Shown piece after piece: positions 44,858 through 52,643 of a stretch of DNA of 64,000 nt. Below the pieces are notes generated by a model. It searched no databases, was not told where the DNA came from, and saw only the letters and a list, made by a program, of their open reading frames with translations. The translations under genes were made by a program, and so were the position numbers. Origin of the DNA: an uncultured Clostridia bacterium (lineage in GTDB: Bacteria; Bacillota; Clostridia; Oscillospirales; Oscillospiraceae); the NCBI GenBank assembly GCA_946625125.1, contig CAMOSU010000001.1, positions 419-64,418 on the forward strand, in the 5' to 3' direction. Within the stretch, counting starts at the first letter, position 1, and every line of letters starts with the position of its first letter.

Positions 44858-47578
44858 TTACTTGTTTTTCTCCAGGGCCGCGTAGAGGAAGGTGACAACC
44901 TGGGCGCGGGTGCAGACCATGTCGGGGCTGAAGAGCCCCTCGCCGGTGCCGCTGGTGACGCCATGCTCCACCGCCCAGAGCACGGGCTTTAGGTACCAGG
45001 CGTCGTCCGGCACGTCGGTGAAGGGATTCTCCGTTGAGGTGGGCTCCGGCCGTTTGGCTGCCGCCCAGAGGAAGGTCACCACCTGGGACCGGGTGCAGCT
45101 CTGGCCCACGCCAAATTGACCGTTGCCTACGCCGGAGGTGATGCCCCGCTCCGCTGCCCAGAGTACGGGCTTGAGATACCAGGCGTCGTCCGGCACGTCG
45201 GTGAAGGGGTTCTCCAGGCTGGCGGGCTCCTCCCGGCCAAAGGCGGCCCAGAGGAAGGTCACCACCTGCTCCCGGGTGCAGACCATATCCGGGGAGAAGT
45301 GGATGTTGTCCGTACCCGAGGTGATGCCCTTCTCCACGGCCCAGAGCACAGGCTGGAAGAAATAATCCTCCGGCGTGATATCCGCGAAGGGAAGGTCCCG
45401 GAAAACCGTGCCGTCCGAAAGAAGGACCGAAGTAAACCTGTCGAAGCCAAATATGGAAAAAGACTCATCGTCGCACCAATAAAGACAGTAGTCCTGTGTG
45501 TCAGAATCCCGCGATCCGTTCAGCAAAGTGTATTCAATCACGGGATTCTTGGAAATATCCAGCGTCTCTATTTGATTGTTCTGACAGTAAAGCCATCTCA
45601 GCGCTGTGTTCGTGCTCAGGTCCAGGGCGGTCAGTTGATTGTCGTAGCAGGAAAGATCTATCAGCGCGGTGTTCTTGCTCAGGTCCAGGGCGGTCAGTTG
45701 GTTGCCGCCGCAGTTAAGCCCTTCCAGCACGGTGTTCTTGCTCAGGTCCAGGGCGGTCAGTTGATTGTCGTAGCAGTAAAGATCCATCAGCGCGGTGTTC
45801 TTGCTCAGGTCCAGGGCGGTCAGTTGGTTGCTGCCACAGTCAAGCACTTCCAGCGCTGTGTTCTTGCTCAGGTCCAGGGCGGTCAGTTGATTGTCGTAGC
45901 AGTAAAGACCTATCAGCGTGGTGTTCTTGCTCAGGTCCAGGGCGGTCAGTTGATTGCCGTAGCAGTTAAGCCACGATAGCGCGGTGTTCTTGCTCAGGTC
46001 CAGGGCGGTCAGTTGGTTGTAGTTGCAGTCAAGCCCTTCCAGCGCGGTGTTCTTGCTCAGGTCCAGGGCAGTCAGTTGGTTGCCGCCGCAGTAGAGCCTC
46101 AGAAGCGCAGTGCTCTTGCTCAGGTCCAGAGCGGTCAGTTGGTTGTAGTTGCAGTAAAGCACTTCCAGCGCGGTGTTCTTGCTCAGGTCCAGGGCGGTCA
46201 GTTGGTTACCGTCACAGTCAAGATACGTCAGCGCCGCGATCCGGCTCAGGTCCAAGGCGGTCAGTTGGTTGTCGTAGCAGTAAAGCTCAGTCAGCGCGGT
46301 GTTCTTGCTCAGGTCCAGGGCGGTCAGTTGATTGCCGTAGCAGGAAAGATCTGTCAGCGCGGTGTTCTTGCTCAGGTCCAGGGCGGTCAGTTGATTGTCG
46401 TAGCAGTAAAGATGTGTCAGCGCGGGGTTTTTGCTCAGGTCCAGGGCGGTCAGTTGGTTGCCGCCGCAGTTAAGCCCTTCCAGCGCGGTGTTCTTGCTCA
46501 GGTCCAGGGCGGTCAGTTGGTTGCCGCCGCAGTAAAGATCCATCAGCGCGGTGTTCTTGCTCAGGTCCAGGGCGGTCAGTTGGTTGCCGCCACAGTAGAG
46601 CCTCAGAAGCGCGGTGTTCTTGCTCAGGTCCAGGGCGGTCAGTTGGTTGCTGTCACAGTCAAGCACTTCCAGCGCGGTGTTCTTGCTCAGGTCCAGGGTA
46701 GTCAATTGGTTGCTGTAGCATTCAAGCACTTCCAGCGCGGTGTTCTTGCTCAGGTCCAGGGCGGTCAGTTGATTGTCGTAGCAGTAAAGATTTGTCAGCG
46801 CGGTGTTCTTGCTCAGGTCCAGGGCAGTCAGTTGGTTGCTGTCACAGTCAAGATATGTCAGCGCCGCGATCCGGCTTAGGTCCAGGGCAGTGAGTTGGTT
46901 CCAGTCGCAGTCAAGCACTTCCAGCGCGGTGTTCTTGCTCAGGTCCAGGGCGGTCAGTTGGTTGTCGTAGCAGTAAAGCTCAGTCAGCGCGGTGTTCGTG
47001 CTCAGGTCCAGGGCGGTCAGTTGGTTGTCGTAGCAGTAAAGCTCAGTCAGCGCGGTGTTCGTGCTCAGGTCCAGGGCGGTCAGTTGGTTGTCGTAGCAGT
47101 AAAGCTCAGTCAGCGCGGTGTTCTTGCTCAGGTCCAGGACGGTCAGTTGGTTGCCGCTGCAGGTGAGCGTGGTCAGTGCGGTGTTCTTGCTCAGGTCCAG
47201 GGCAGTGAGTTGGTTGTAGTTGCAGTAAAGATCTGTCAACGCGGTGTTTTTGCTCAGGTCCAGGGCAGTGAGTTGGTTCCAGTCGCAGTCAAGCCATGTC
47301 AGCGCGGTGAAGAACTCGACTCCCTTTAAGGTGCTGATTTCGAGTTCTCCGCAGGAAAGCTGGGTGACCTCAGCGATCTCGGTCTCCCTCAGGGCGCCGT
47401 CGCTGTCTGTGTCAAAATTGTGGACATAGGAACGGAAATGCTCGTCGGGGAAATTCTCGGCGTTGATGGCAACGCCGTCACCCGCCGCCTTCACGGGGAG
47501 GGAATACGCCGGCAGCAGCCCGGCCAGCAGCCCCAGCGCCAGCAGCAGACACAGGGCTCGTTTGAATGTGCTTTGCAT
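44858..47578 (-). CDS. Secreted LRR protein with three C-terminal SLH domains (28 x 21-aa leucine-rich repeats)
   Basis: 906 aa. It has a signal peptide MQSTFKRALCLLLALGLLAGLLPAYSLPVKAAG and an EF-hand/dockerin-like DTDSDGALRETE loop. There are 28 units of NQLTALDLSKNTALxxLxCxx. Three SLH-like modules follow (FADITPEDYFFQPVLWAVEKGITSG..., FTDVPDDAWYLKPVLWAAERGITSG..., FTDVPDDAWYLKPVLWAVEHGVTSG...). Confidence 0.85.
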   Translation of the reverse strand: MQSTFKRALCLLLALGLLAGLLPAYSLPVKAAGDGVAINAENFPDEHFRSYVHNFDTDSDGALRETEIAEVTQLSCGELEISTLKGVEFFTALTWLDCDWNQLTALDLSKNTALTDLYCNYNQLTALDLSKNTALTTLTCSGNQLTVLDLSKNTALTELYCYDNQLTALDLSTNTALTELYCYDNQLTALDLSTNTALTELYCYDNQLTALDLSKNTALEVLDCDWNQLTALDLSRIAALTYLDCDSNQLTALDLSKNTALTNLYCYDNQLTALDLSKNTALEVLECYSNQLTTLDLSKNTALEVLDCDSNQLTALDLSKNTALLRLYCGGNQLTALDLSKNTALMDLYCGGNQLTALDLSKNTALEGLNCGGNQLTALDLSKNPALTHLYCYDNQLTALDLSKNTALTDLSCYGNQLTALDLSKNTALTELYCYDNQLTALDLSRIAALTYLDCDGNQLTALDLSKNTALEVLYCNYNQLTALDLSKSTALLRLYCGGNQLTALDLSKNTALEGLDCNYNQLTALDLSKNTALSWLNCYGNQLTALDLSKNTTLIGLYCYDNQLTALDLSKNTALEVLDCGSNQLTALDLSKNTALMDLYCYDNQLTALDLSKNTVLEGLNCGGNQLTALDLSKNTALIDLSCYDNQLTALDLSTNTALRWLYCQNNQIETLDISKNPVIEYTLLNGSRDSDTQDYCLYWCDDESFSIFGFDRFTSVLLSDGTVFRDLPFADITPEDYFFQPVLWAVEKGITSGTDNIHFSPDMVCTREQVVTFLWAAFGREEPASLENPFTDVPDDAWYLKPVLWAAERGITSGVGNGQFGVGQSCTRSQVVTFLWAAAKRPEPTSTENPFTDVPDDAWYLKPVLWAVEHGVTSGTGEGLFSPDMVCTRAQVVTFLYAALEKNK

Positions 47579-47715
47579 AAGGGAAACCTCCTTTAATTTA
47601 TTGATGAATCCACAATACCACAGTGTATCAGAGATTGCAAGAGGCTCCGGCGAAAAATCTGGGATTTGCGATGGAAGAAAAACTTTTCCTTCGCGGTCCC
47701 GCCGCCCTCGCCCAT

Positions 47716-47757
47716 AGAGGACGGGGGTTACGGATTCTTCGCTGCGCTCAGAATGAC
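47716..47757 (-). repeat. Repeat family B element (copy within the tandem duplication)
   Basis: Identical to 44670..44709 apart from the first bases. It is part of the duplicated 3' flank. Confidence 0.75.
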
Positions 47758-47905
47758 AAAAACGATACGCTTCCGCCGTAGGGGCGCACAGTGTGCGCCC
47801 GCTCCGCCCGCGCCTCTGCCCCGCACGAAATGAAATAAACGGGAAAGACCGAATCCGGCCTTTCCCGTTTTTGCTGTGTTCGATTTCCGCTTTTGCTGCA
47901 TGCGT

Positions 47906-49870
47906 TTACTTGTTTTTCTCCAGGGCCGCGTAGAGGAAGGTGACAACCTGGGCGCGGGTGCAGACCATGTCGGGGCTGAAGAGCCCCTCGCCGGTGCCGC
48001 TGGTGACGCCATGCTCCACCGCCCAGAGCACGGGCTTTAGGTACCAGGCGTCGTCCGGCACGTCGGTGAAGGGATTCTCCGTTGAGGTGGGCTCCGGCCG
48101 TTTGGCTGCCGCCCAGAGGAAGGTCACCACCTGGGACCGGGTGCAGCTCTGGCCCACGCCAAATTGACCGTTGCCTACGCCGGAGGTGATGCCCCGCTCC
48201 GCTGCCCAGAGTACGGGCTTGAGATACCAGGCGTCGTCCGGCACGTCGGTGAAGGGGTTCTCCAGGCTGGCGGGCTCCTCCCGGCCAAAGGCGGCCCAGA
48301 GGAAGGTCACCACCTGCTCCCGGGTGCAGACCATATCCGGGGAGAAGTGGATGTTGTCCGTACCCGAGGTGATGCCCTTCTCCACGGCCCAGAGCACAGG
48401 CTGGAAGAAATAATCCTCCGGCGAGATATCCGCGAAGGGAAGCTCCTGGAAAACCGTGCCGTCCGAGAGAAGGACCGAAGTAAACCTGTCGAAGCCAAAT
48501 ATGGAATAAAACTCATCGTCGCACCAATAAAGACAGTAGTCCTGCGCGTCAGAATCCCGCAATCCGTTCAGCAAAGTGTATTCAAGCACGGGATTCTTGG
48601 AAATATCCAGCGTCTGTATTTGATTGTTCTGACAGTAAAGGCATCTCAGCGCTGTGTTCTTGCTCAGGTCCAGGGCAGTCAGTTGGTTGTAGCTGCAGTT
48701 AAGCTCTTCCAGTGCTGTGTTCTTGCTCAGGTCCAGGGCAGTGAGTTGGTTCCAGTCGCAGTCAAGCCATGTCAGCGCGGGGGTTTTGCTCAGGTCCAGG
48801 GCAGTGAGGTAGTTCCAGCCGCAGTTAAGCCCTTCCAGCGCGGTGTTCGTGCTCAGGTCCAGGGCGGTCAGTTGGTTGTCGCCGCAGGAAAGATCTGTCA
48901 GCGCGGTGTTTGTGCTCAGGTCCAGGGCGGTCAGTTGGTTGCTGTAGCAGGAAAGATCTGTCAACGCGGTGTTTTTGCTCAGGTCCAGGACGGTCAGTTG
49001 GTTGCTGCTGCAGTAGAGCGTGGTCAGTGCGGTGTTCTTGCTCAGGTCCAGGGCGGTCAGTTGGTTGCTGTCACAGTCAAGATACGTCAGCGCCGCGATC
49101 CGGCTCAGGTCCAGGGCGGTCAGTTGGTTGTCGTAGCAGTAAAGCTCAGTCAGCGCGGTGTTCGTGCTCAGGTCCAGGGCGGTCAGTTGATTGCCGTAGC
49201 AGGAAAGATCTGTCAGCGCGGTGTTCTTGCTCAGGTCCAGGGCGGTCAGTTGATTGTCGTAGCAGTAAAGATGTGTCAGCGCGGGGTTTTTGCTCAGGTC
49301 CAGGGCGGTCAGTTGATTGTCGTCGCAGGAAAGATCTATCAGCGCGGTGTTCTTGCTCAGGTCTATGGCGGTCAGTTGGTTGCCGCTGCAGTTAAGCTCT
49401 TCCAGCGCGGTGTTCTTGCTCAGGTCCAGGGCTGTCAGTTGGTTGTAGCGGCAGTCAAGCACTTCCAGCGCGGTGTTCTTGCTCAGGTCCAGGGCGGTCA
49501 GTTGATTGCCGTAGCAGGAAAGATCTATCAGCGCGGTGTTCTTGCTCAGGTCCAGGGCGGTCAGTTGGTTGCCGCCGCAGTCAAGCCATCTCATCGCGGT
49601 GAAGAACTCGATTCCTTTCAAGGTGCTGATTTCAAGTTCTCCGCAGTAAAGCTGGGTGGCCTCAGCGATCTCGGTCTCGCTCAGGGCGCCGTCGCTGTCT
49701 GTGTCAAAATTGTGGACATAGGAACGGAAATGCGCGTCGGGGAAATTCTCGGCGTTGATGGCGACGCCGTCGCCCGCCGCCTTCACGGGGAGGGAATACG
49801 CCGGCAGCAGCCCGACCAGCAGCCCCAGCGCCAGCAGCAGACACAGGGCTCGTTTGAATGTGCTTTGCAT
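47906..49870 (-). CDS. Secreted LRR protein with three C-terminal SLH domains (16 x 21-aa repeats); paralog of 44858..47578
   Basis: 654 aa with the same signal peptide, EF-hand-like loop and SLH triplet. It has 16 NQLTALDLSKNTAL units. Confidence 0.85.
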   Translation of the reverse strand: MQSTFKRALCLLLALGLLVGLLPAYSLPVKAAGDGVAINAENFPDAHFRSYVHNFDTDSDGALSETEIAEATQLYCGELEISTLKGIEFFTAMRWLDCGGNQLTALDLSKNTALIDLSCYGNQLTALDLSKNTALEVLDCRYNQLTALDLSKNTALEELNCSGNQLTAIDLSKNTALIDLSCDDNQLTALDLSKNPALTHLYCYDNQLTALDLSKNTALTDLSCYGNQLTALDLSTNTALTELYCYDNQLTALDLSRIAALTYLDCDSNQLTALDLSKNTALTTLYCSSNQLTVLDLSKNTALTDLSCYSNQLTALDLSTNTALTDLSCGDNQLTALDLSTNTALEGLNCGWNYLTALDLSKTPALTWLDCDWNQLTALDLSKNTALEELNCSYNQLTALDLSKNTALRCLYCQNNQIQTLDISKNPVLEYTLLNGLRDSDAQDYCLYWCDDEFYSIFGFDRFTSVLLSDGTVFQELPFADISPEDYFFQPVLWAVEKGITSGTDNIHFSPDMVCTREQVVTFLWAAFGREEPASLENPFTDVPDDAWYLKPVLWAAERGITSGVGNGQFGVGQSCTRSQVVTFLWAAAKRPEPTSTENPFTDVPDDAWYLKPVLWAVEHGVTSGTGEGLFSPDMVCTRAQVVTFLYAALEKNK

Positions 49871-50041
49871 AAGGGAAACCTCCTTTAATTTATTGATGAA
49901 TCCACAATACCACAGTGTATCAGAGATTGCAAGAGGCCCCGGCGAAAAATCTGGGATTTGCGATGGAAGAAAAACTTTTCCTTGCTTTGTTCACAGAATT
50001 ATGCTAAGATATTCTTTGATGTGACATAAGGAGAGATTTCT

Positions 50042-51007
50042 GTGGAATATATCATTCTGGATATGGAGTGGAACCAGCCCTGGCCCGGGTCTTACGCGGC
50101 GCAGCGGCCTCTGCCCATCCACATCAGCGGCGAGGTGATCCAGATCGGCGCGGTGCGGATGCTGGAGGATCAGACCATCACGGATGAATTTCAGGTGCTG
50201 ATCAAGCCCAAGTTTTTCCGCCGCCTCAACAGCCGGGTGGCGAAGCTCACCGGCATTCGGGAGGCCAGACTCAAGGCGGAAGGCCTTAGCTTTGACGACG
50301 CCATCAACGAGTTTTACAATTGGTGCGGCGAGGACTGCGTCTTTCTCACCTGGGGCTTTGACGACATTCCGCTGCTCTCCGCCAATATGATGCTCAACGG
50401 CTACGATCCCGTCTGGGTCCAGCACTGGTACAATGCCCAGATGATTTTTAACGCCCAGACGGGCTCCGGCAACAATCAGAAGGCCCTGTCCACCGCCATG
50501 GAGATGATGGAGATTCCGCCCACCCGTCAGGCCCACGACGCCCTGGGAGACGCCTTCCATACCGCGCAGATCTGCGCGAAGCTGGATTTGAAGAAGGGCA
50601 TTGAGGAATACCGGGGCTCTCTGCGGGACCACGAAGACGGCCTCCACGGGGCTCAGGTCCCGGGCTGCGTCAGCCGCCGGGTCTATCACGACTACGAGGA
50701 CAAGTCCGCCGCCATGGGGGACATGGGGGGCAAGGAAAATCTCTGCCCCGTCTGCGGCAAAGAGATGACCTGTCAGGGCTGGCACACCCAGCCGGGCCGC
50801 CGCTACCTGTCCCGGAACACCTGCCCCGAGCACGGGGACTATGTGGTTCGCATCCGCTTCGAGCGGGATCGGGACGGAAGCCTGAAGGTCTGCCGCCTGG
50901 TCTACGACAATTCCTCCACCCTGGCGGAGAATTTTGACGTGGAAATCGCCAAGAAAGCCAAAAAACGCCCCCGCCGTCGGCGGAAGCGCACAAAAACAGA
51001 ACTGTAA
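50042..51007 (+). CDS. DEDD-family 3'-5' exonuclease (KapD/ERI-1-like) fused to a zinc-ribbon region and a Lys/Arg-rich tail
   Basis: 321 aa with a GTG start after TAAGGAGAG. ExoI is ILDMEW, ExoII is WGFDD and ExoIII is HDALGDAFHTAQI (DEDDh). It continues with CPVCGKEMTC...CPEHG and the C-terminal KKAKKRPRRRRKRTKTEL. Confidence 0.75.
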   Translation: MEYIILDMEWNQPWPGSYAAQRPLPIHISGEVIQIGAVRMLEDQTITDEFQVLIKPKFFRRLNSRVAKLTGIREARLKAEGLSFDDAINEFYNWCGEDCVFLTWGFDDIPLLSANMMLNGYDPVWVQHWYNAQMIFNAQTGSGNNQKALSTAMEMMEIPPTRQAHDALGDAFHTAQICAKLDLKKGIEEYRGSLRDHEDGLHGAQVPGCVSRRVYHDYEDKSAAMGDMGGKENLCPVCGKEMTCQGWHTQPGRRYLSRNTCPEHGDYVVRIRFERDRDGSLKVCRLVYDNSSTLAENFDVEIAKKAKKRPRRRRKRTKTEL

Positions 51008-51095
51008 GGCAGTCTTGAACAGTCAACAGGCAATAGGAGAAGCGAATGGGGCAACCCGCCGTACTCCTATTGCCTGTTTTGCTGTTGCCTGCCGC

Positions 51096-51590
51096 TTAAA
51101 AGTCGATTTCCTTCCCCAACCTGCGGTACATGGTTTTCTTCACCGCCCGAAGGATGTTTTCGTAGCCGGTGCAGCGGCACAGGTGGCCGCTCAGGAGCTT
51201 CCGCAGCTCCTCGTCGGAATAGAGCTTGTTGGCCTCCAGAATTTCCACCGCCGTCATGATGAAGCCCGGGGTGCAGAAGCCGCACTGGATCGCCGCTTCG
51301 TCGATGAAGGCCTGCTGGATGTCGGAGAGCTCTCCGTTGGGACCGGTGAGGCCCTCCAGGGTGCGAATCTCCTTGCCCTCCGCCCAGACCGCCAGGTAGA
51401 TGCAGGAGTTGAAGGCCTCTCCGTCAATGAGCACGTTGCAGGCGCCGCATTCTCCCACCTCGCAGCCCTTTTTCACGGAGCTCAGCCGGTAATCGTTGCG
51501 GAGCATATCGGTGAGGGACGCCCGCACGTCCACCGCCTTCTCCACCCTCCGACCGTTGATGGTGCAGTGGACCACTTTATACTGGCTCAT
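51096..51590 (-). CDS. Xanthine dehydrogenase-family [2Fe-2S] small subunit
   Basis: 164 aa with GCEVGECGACNVLIDG and QCGFCTPGFIM cluster motifs, plus GHLCRCTGY. Confidence 0.88.
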   Translation of the reverse strand: MSQYKVVHCTINGRRVEKAVDVRASLTDMLRNDYRLSSVKKGCEVGECGACNVLIDGEAFNSCIYLAVWAEGKEIRTLEGLTGPNGELSDIQQAFIDEAAIQCGFCTPGFIMTAVEILEANKLYSDEELRKLLSGHLCRCTGYENILRAVKKTMYRRLGKEIDF

Positions 51591-52477
51591 TCGATGACAC
51601 CTCCTGCCCGTTCAATGGATTCCGCCAGAGCCCGCCGGGCCATTTCCACGGCGATGTGCTGACGGAAGGCCTTGCTGGCCCGCCAGGAATCCCGGGGATT
51701 GATGTCCAGCAGCACCGCCAGGGCAAACTCGTCGATCATCTCCCGGGTGGGCCGGGAGCCGTTGGCCACCGCCTCCGCGGAGGGGACCCGCATGGGTACG
51801 GGTCCCGCCACGCCGTAGGCGATGCGGCAGCGGCGGAGGTATTTTTTGTCGGGGCTCAGCCGGACGTTGACGGAGCAGCCCAGGGAGGCAATCTCCATGG
51901 CGTTGCGCATACCGTACTTGATGTATTTGCCGAAGCAGTTTTCCCAGCTCTCCTTCGGGATCAGAATGGCGGTCTGGAGCTCGCCCTCCTCGGCCCGGAT
52001 GTCCACCTGACCCGCCTTGATGTAGAAGTCCTTGATGGGAAGCCGGCGGACGCCGTTCTTGCCCGTCAGCTCCACAATGGCCTCCCAGGCGTGGAGGGTG
52101 GAGGCGGAGTCTGCGGAGGTGACGCCGTTGCAGGTGTTGCCCCCGATGGTGCCGATGTTGCGGATCTGGGGAGAGCCCACCTGATCCACAGCCTCCCCCA
52201 GCACGTTGATATACTTCTGGATGATGGGGTCCCTGGTGATGTGGGAGAAGCTGGTGAGGGAGCCGATGCGGATATTCTCGTCCTCGTCCATGGACACGCC
52301 CCGCAGCTCGTCCAGCATGTAAATGGAAATCAGCTCTTTCCCGGCCCGGCGGCCCTCCCGCATCTGAACCAGCACGTCGGAGCCCCCGGCAATGATCTGG
52401 GCCTCGGGATGCTCCAGCCGCAGCCGCACCGCGTCCTGAACGCTTTGCGCCTCGTAAAGCGCTTTCATATCGTACAT
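51587..52477 (-). CDS. Xanthine dehydrogenase-family FAD-binding (medium) subunit
   Basis: ORF 51587..52525, with start set at M17 (MYDMKALYEAQSV) after GAGGAGG. The upstream 16 codons are read-through of a repeat element. It has IIAGGSDVLVQMREG and IGTIGGNTCNG motifs, and a 4-nt ATGA overlap with the small subunit. Confidence 0.85.
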   Translation of the reverse strand: MYDMKALYEAQSVQDAVRLRLEHPEAQIIAGGSDVLVQMREGRRAGKELISIYMLDELRGVSMDEDENIRIGSLTSFSHITRDPIIQKYINVLGEAVDQVGSPQIRNIGTIGGNTCNGVTSADSASTLHAWEAIVELTGKNGVRRLPIKDFYIKAGQVDIRAEEGELQTAILIPKESWENCFGKYIKYGMRNAMEIASLGCSVNVRLSPDKKYLRRCRIAYGVAGPVPMRVPSAEAVANGSRPTREMIDEFALAVLLDINPRDSWRASKAFRQHIAVEMARRALAESIERAGGVIE

Positions 52478-52495
52478 TGTTTCGTTCCTCCTCGT

Positions 52496-52537
52496 GTCAT
52501 TCTGAACGAAGTGAAGAATCCGCATCCCCCGTCCCCT
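52496..52537 (+). repeat. Repeat family B element inserted between xdh-type cistrons
   Basis: GTCATTCTGAACGAAGTGAAGAATCCGCATCCCCCGTCCCCT is the same composite element as at 44668 and 47716, in the opposite orientation. Confidence 0.75.
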
Positions 52538-52579
52538 AATGACTAGTGACTAATGACTAGTGACTAATGACTGGTGACT
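52538..52579. repeat. Heptanucleotide tandem array, 6 x (A/G)(A/G)TGACT
   Basis: AATGACT AGTGACT AATGACT AGTGACT AATGACT GGTGACT, directly abutting the family B element. Confidence 0.85.
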
Positions 52580-52643
52580 CATCGGAGCGGGGGAAACGGG
52601 CGGGCAGATTGCCCGCGCTGCTGGCGGGACTGGCGCTTGATGC

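Larger units (their letters stand above)
44660..49982. repeat. Tandem segmental duplication (two units: about 44660..47688 and 47708..49982)
   Basis: Offset of 3048 nt between the 3' halves (44668->47716, 44858->47906) and 2292 nt between the 5' ends (47578->49870). The 5' upstream flanks 47579..47688 and 49871..49980 are near-identical. Track shadow ORFs 44680..44964 / 47728..48012, 44892..45119 / 47940..48167 and 45123..45365 / 48171..48413 have identical translations. Confidence 0.9.

Noticed and set aside
44680-44964. A 94-aa ORF, and its identical twin at 47728..48012.
   Set aside because: It spans a family B repeat, a palindrome and the terminator, then runs out of frame into the 3' end of the LRR-SLH gene. 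It is duplicated only because the DNA is duplicated.
45560-47330. Regular ~63-nt DNA periodicity, and the 42-nt triple repeat at 39300..39428, considered as possible CRISPR arrays.
   Set aside because: The 63-nt repeats are contiguous, with no unique spacers, and lie inside an intact LRR reading frame. The 42-nt units are head-to-tail without spacers. No cas genes are present in the window.
45116-49888. Plus-strand ORFs with highly repetitive VLAQVQGGQLV... translations (45116..45979, 46013..46879, 46895..47329, 48164..49888).
   Set aside because: These are antisense images of the 63-nt-periodic LRR arrays. The minus-strand frames have signal peptides, LRR consensus and SLH domains.
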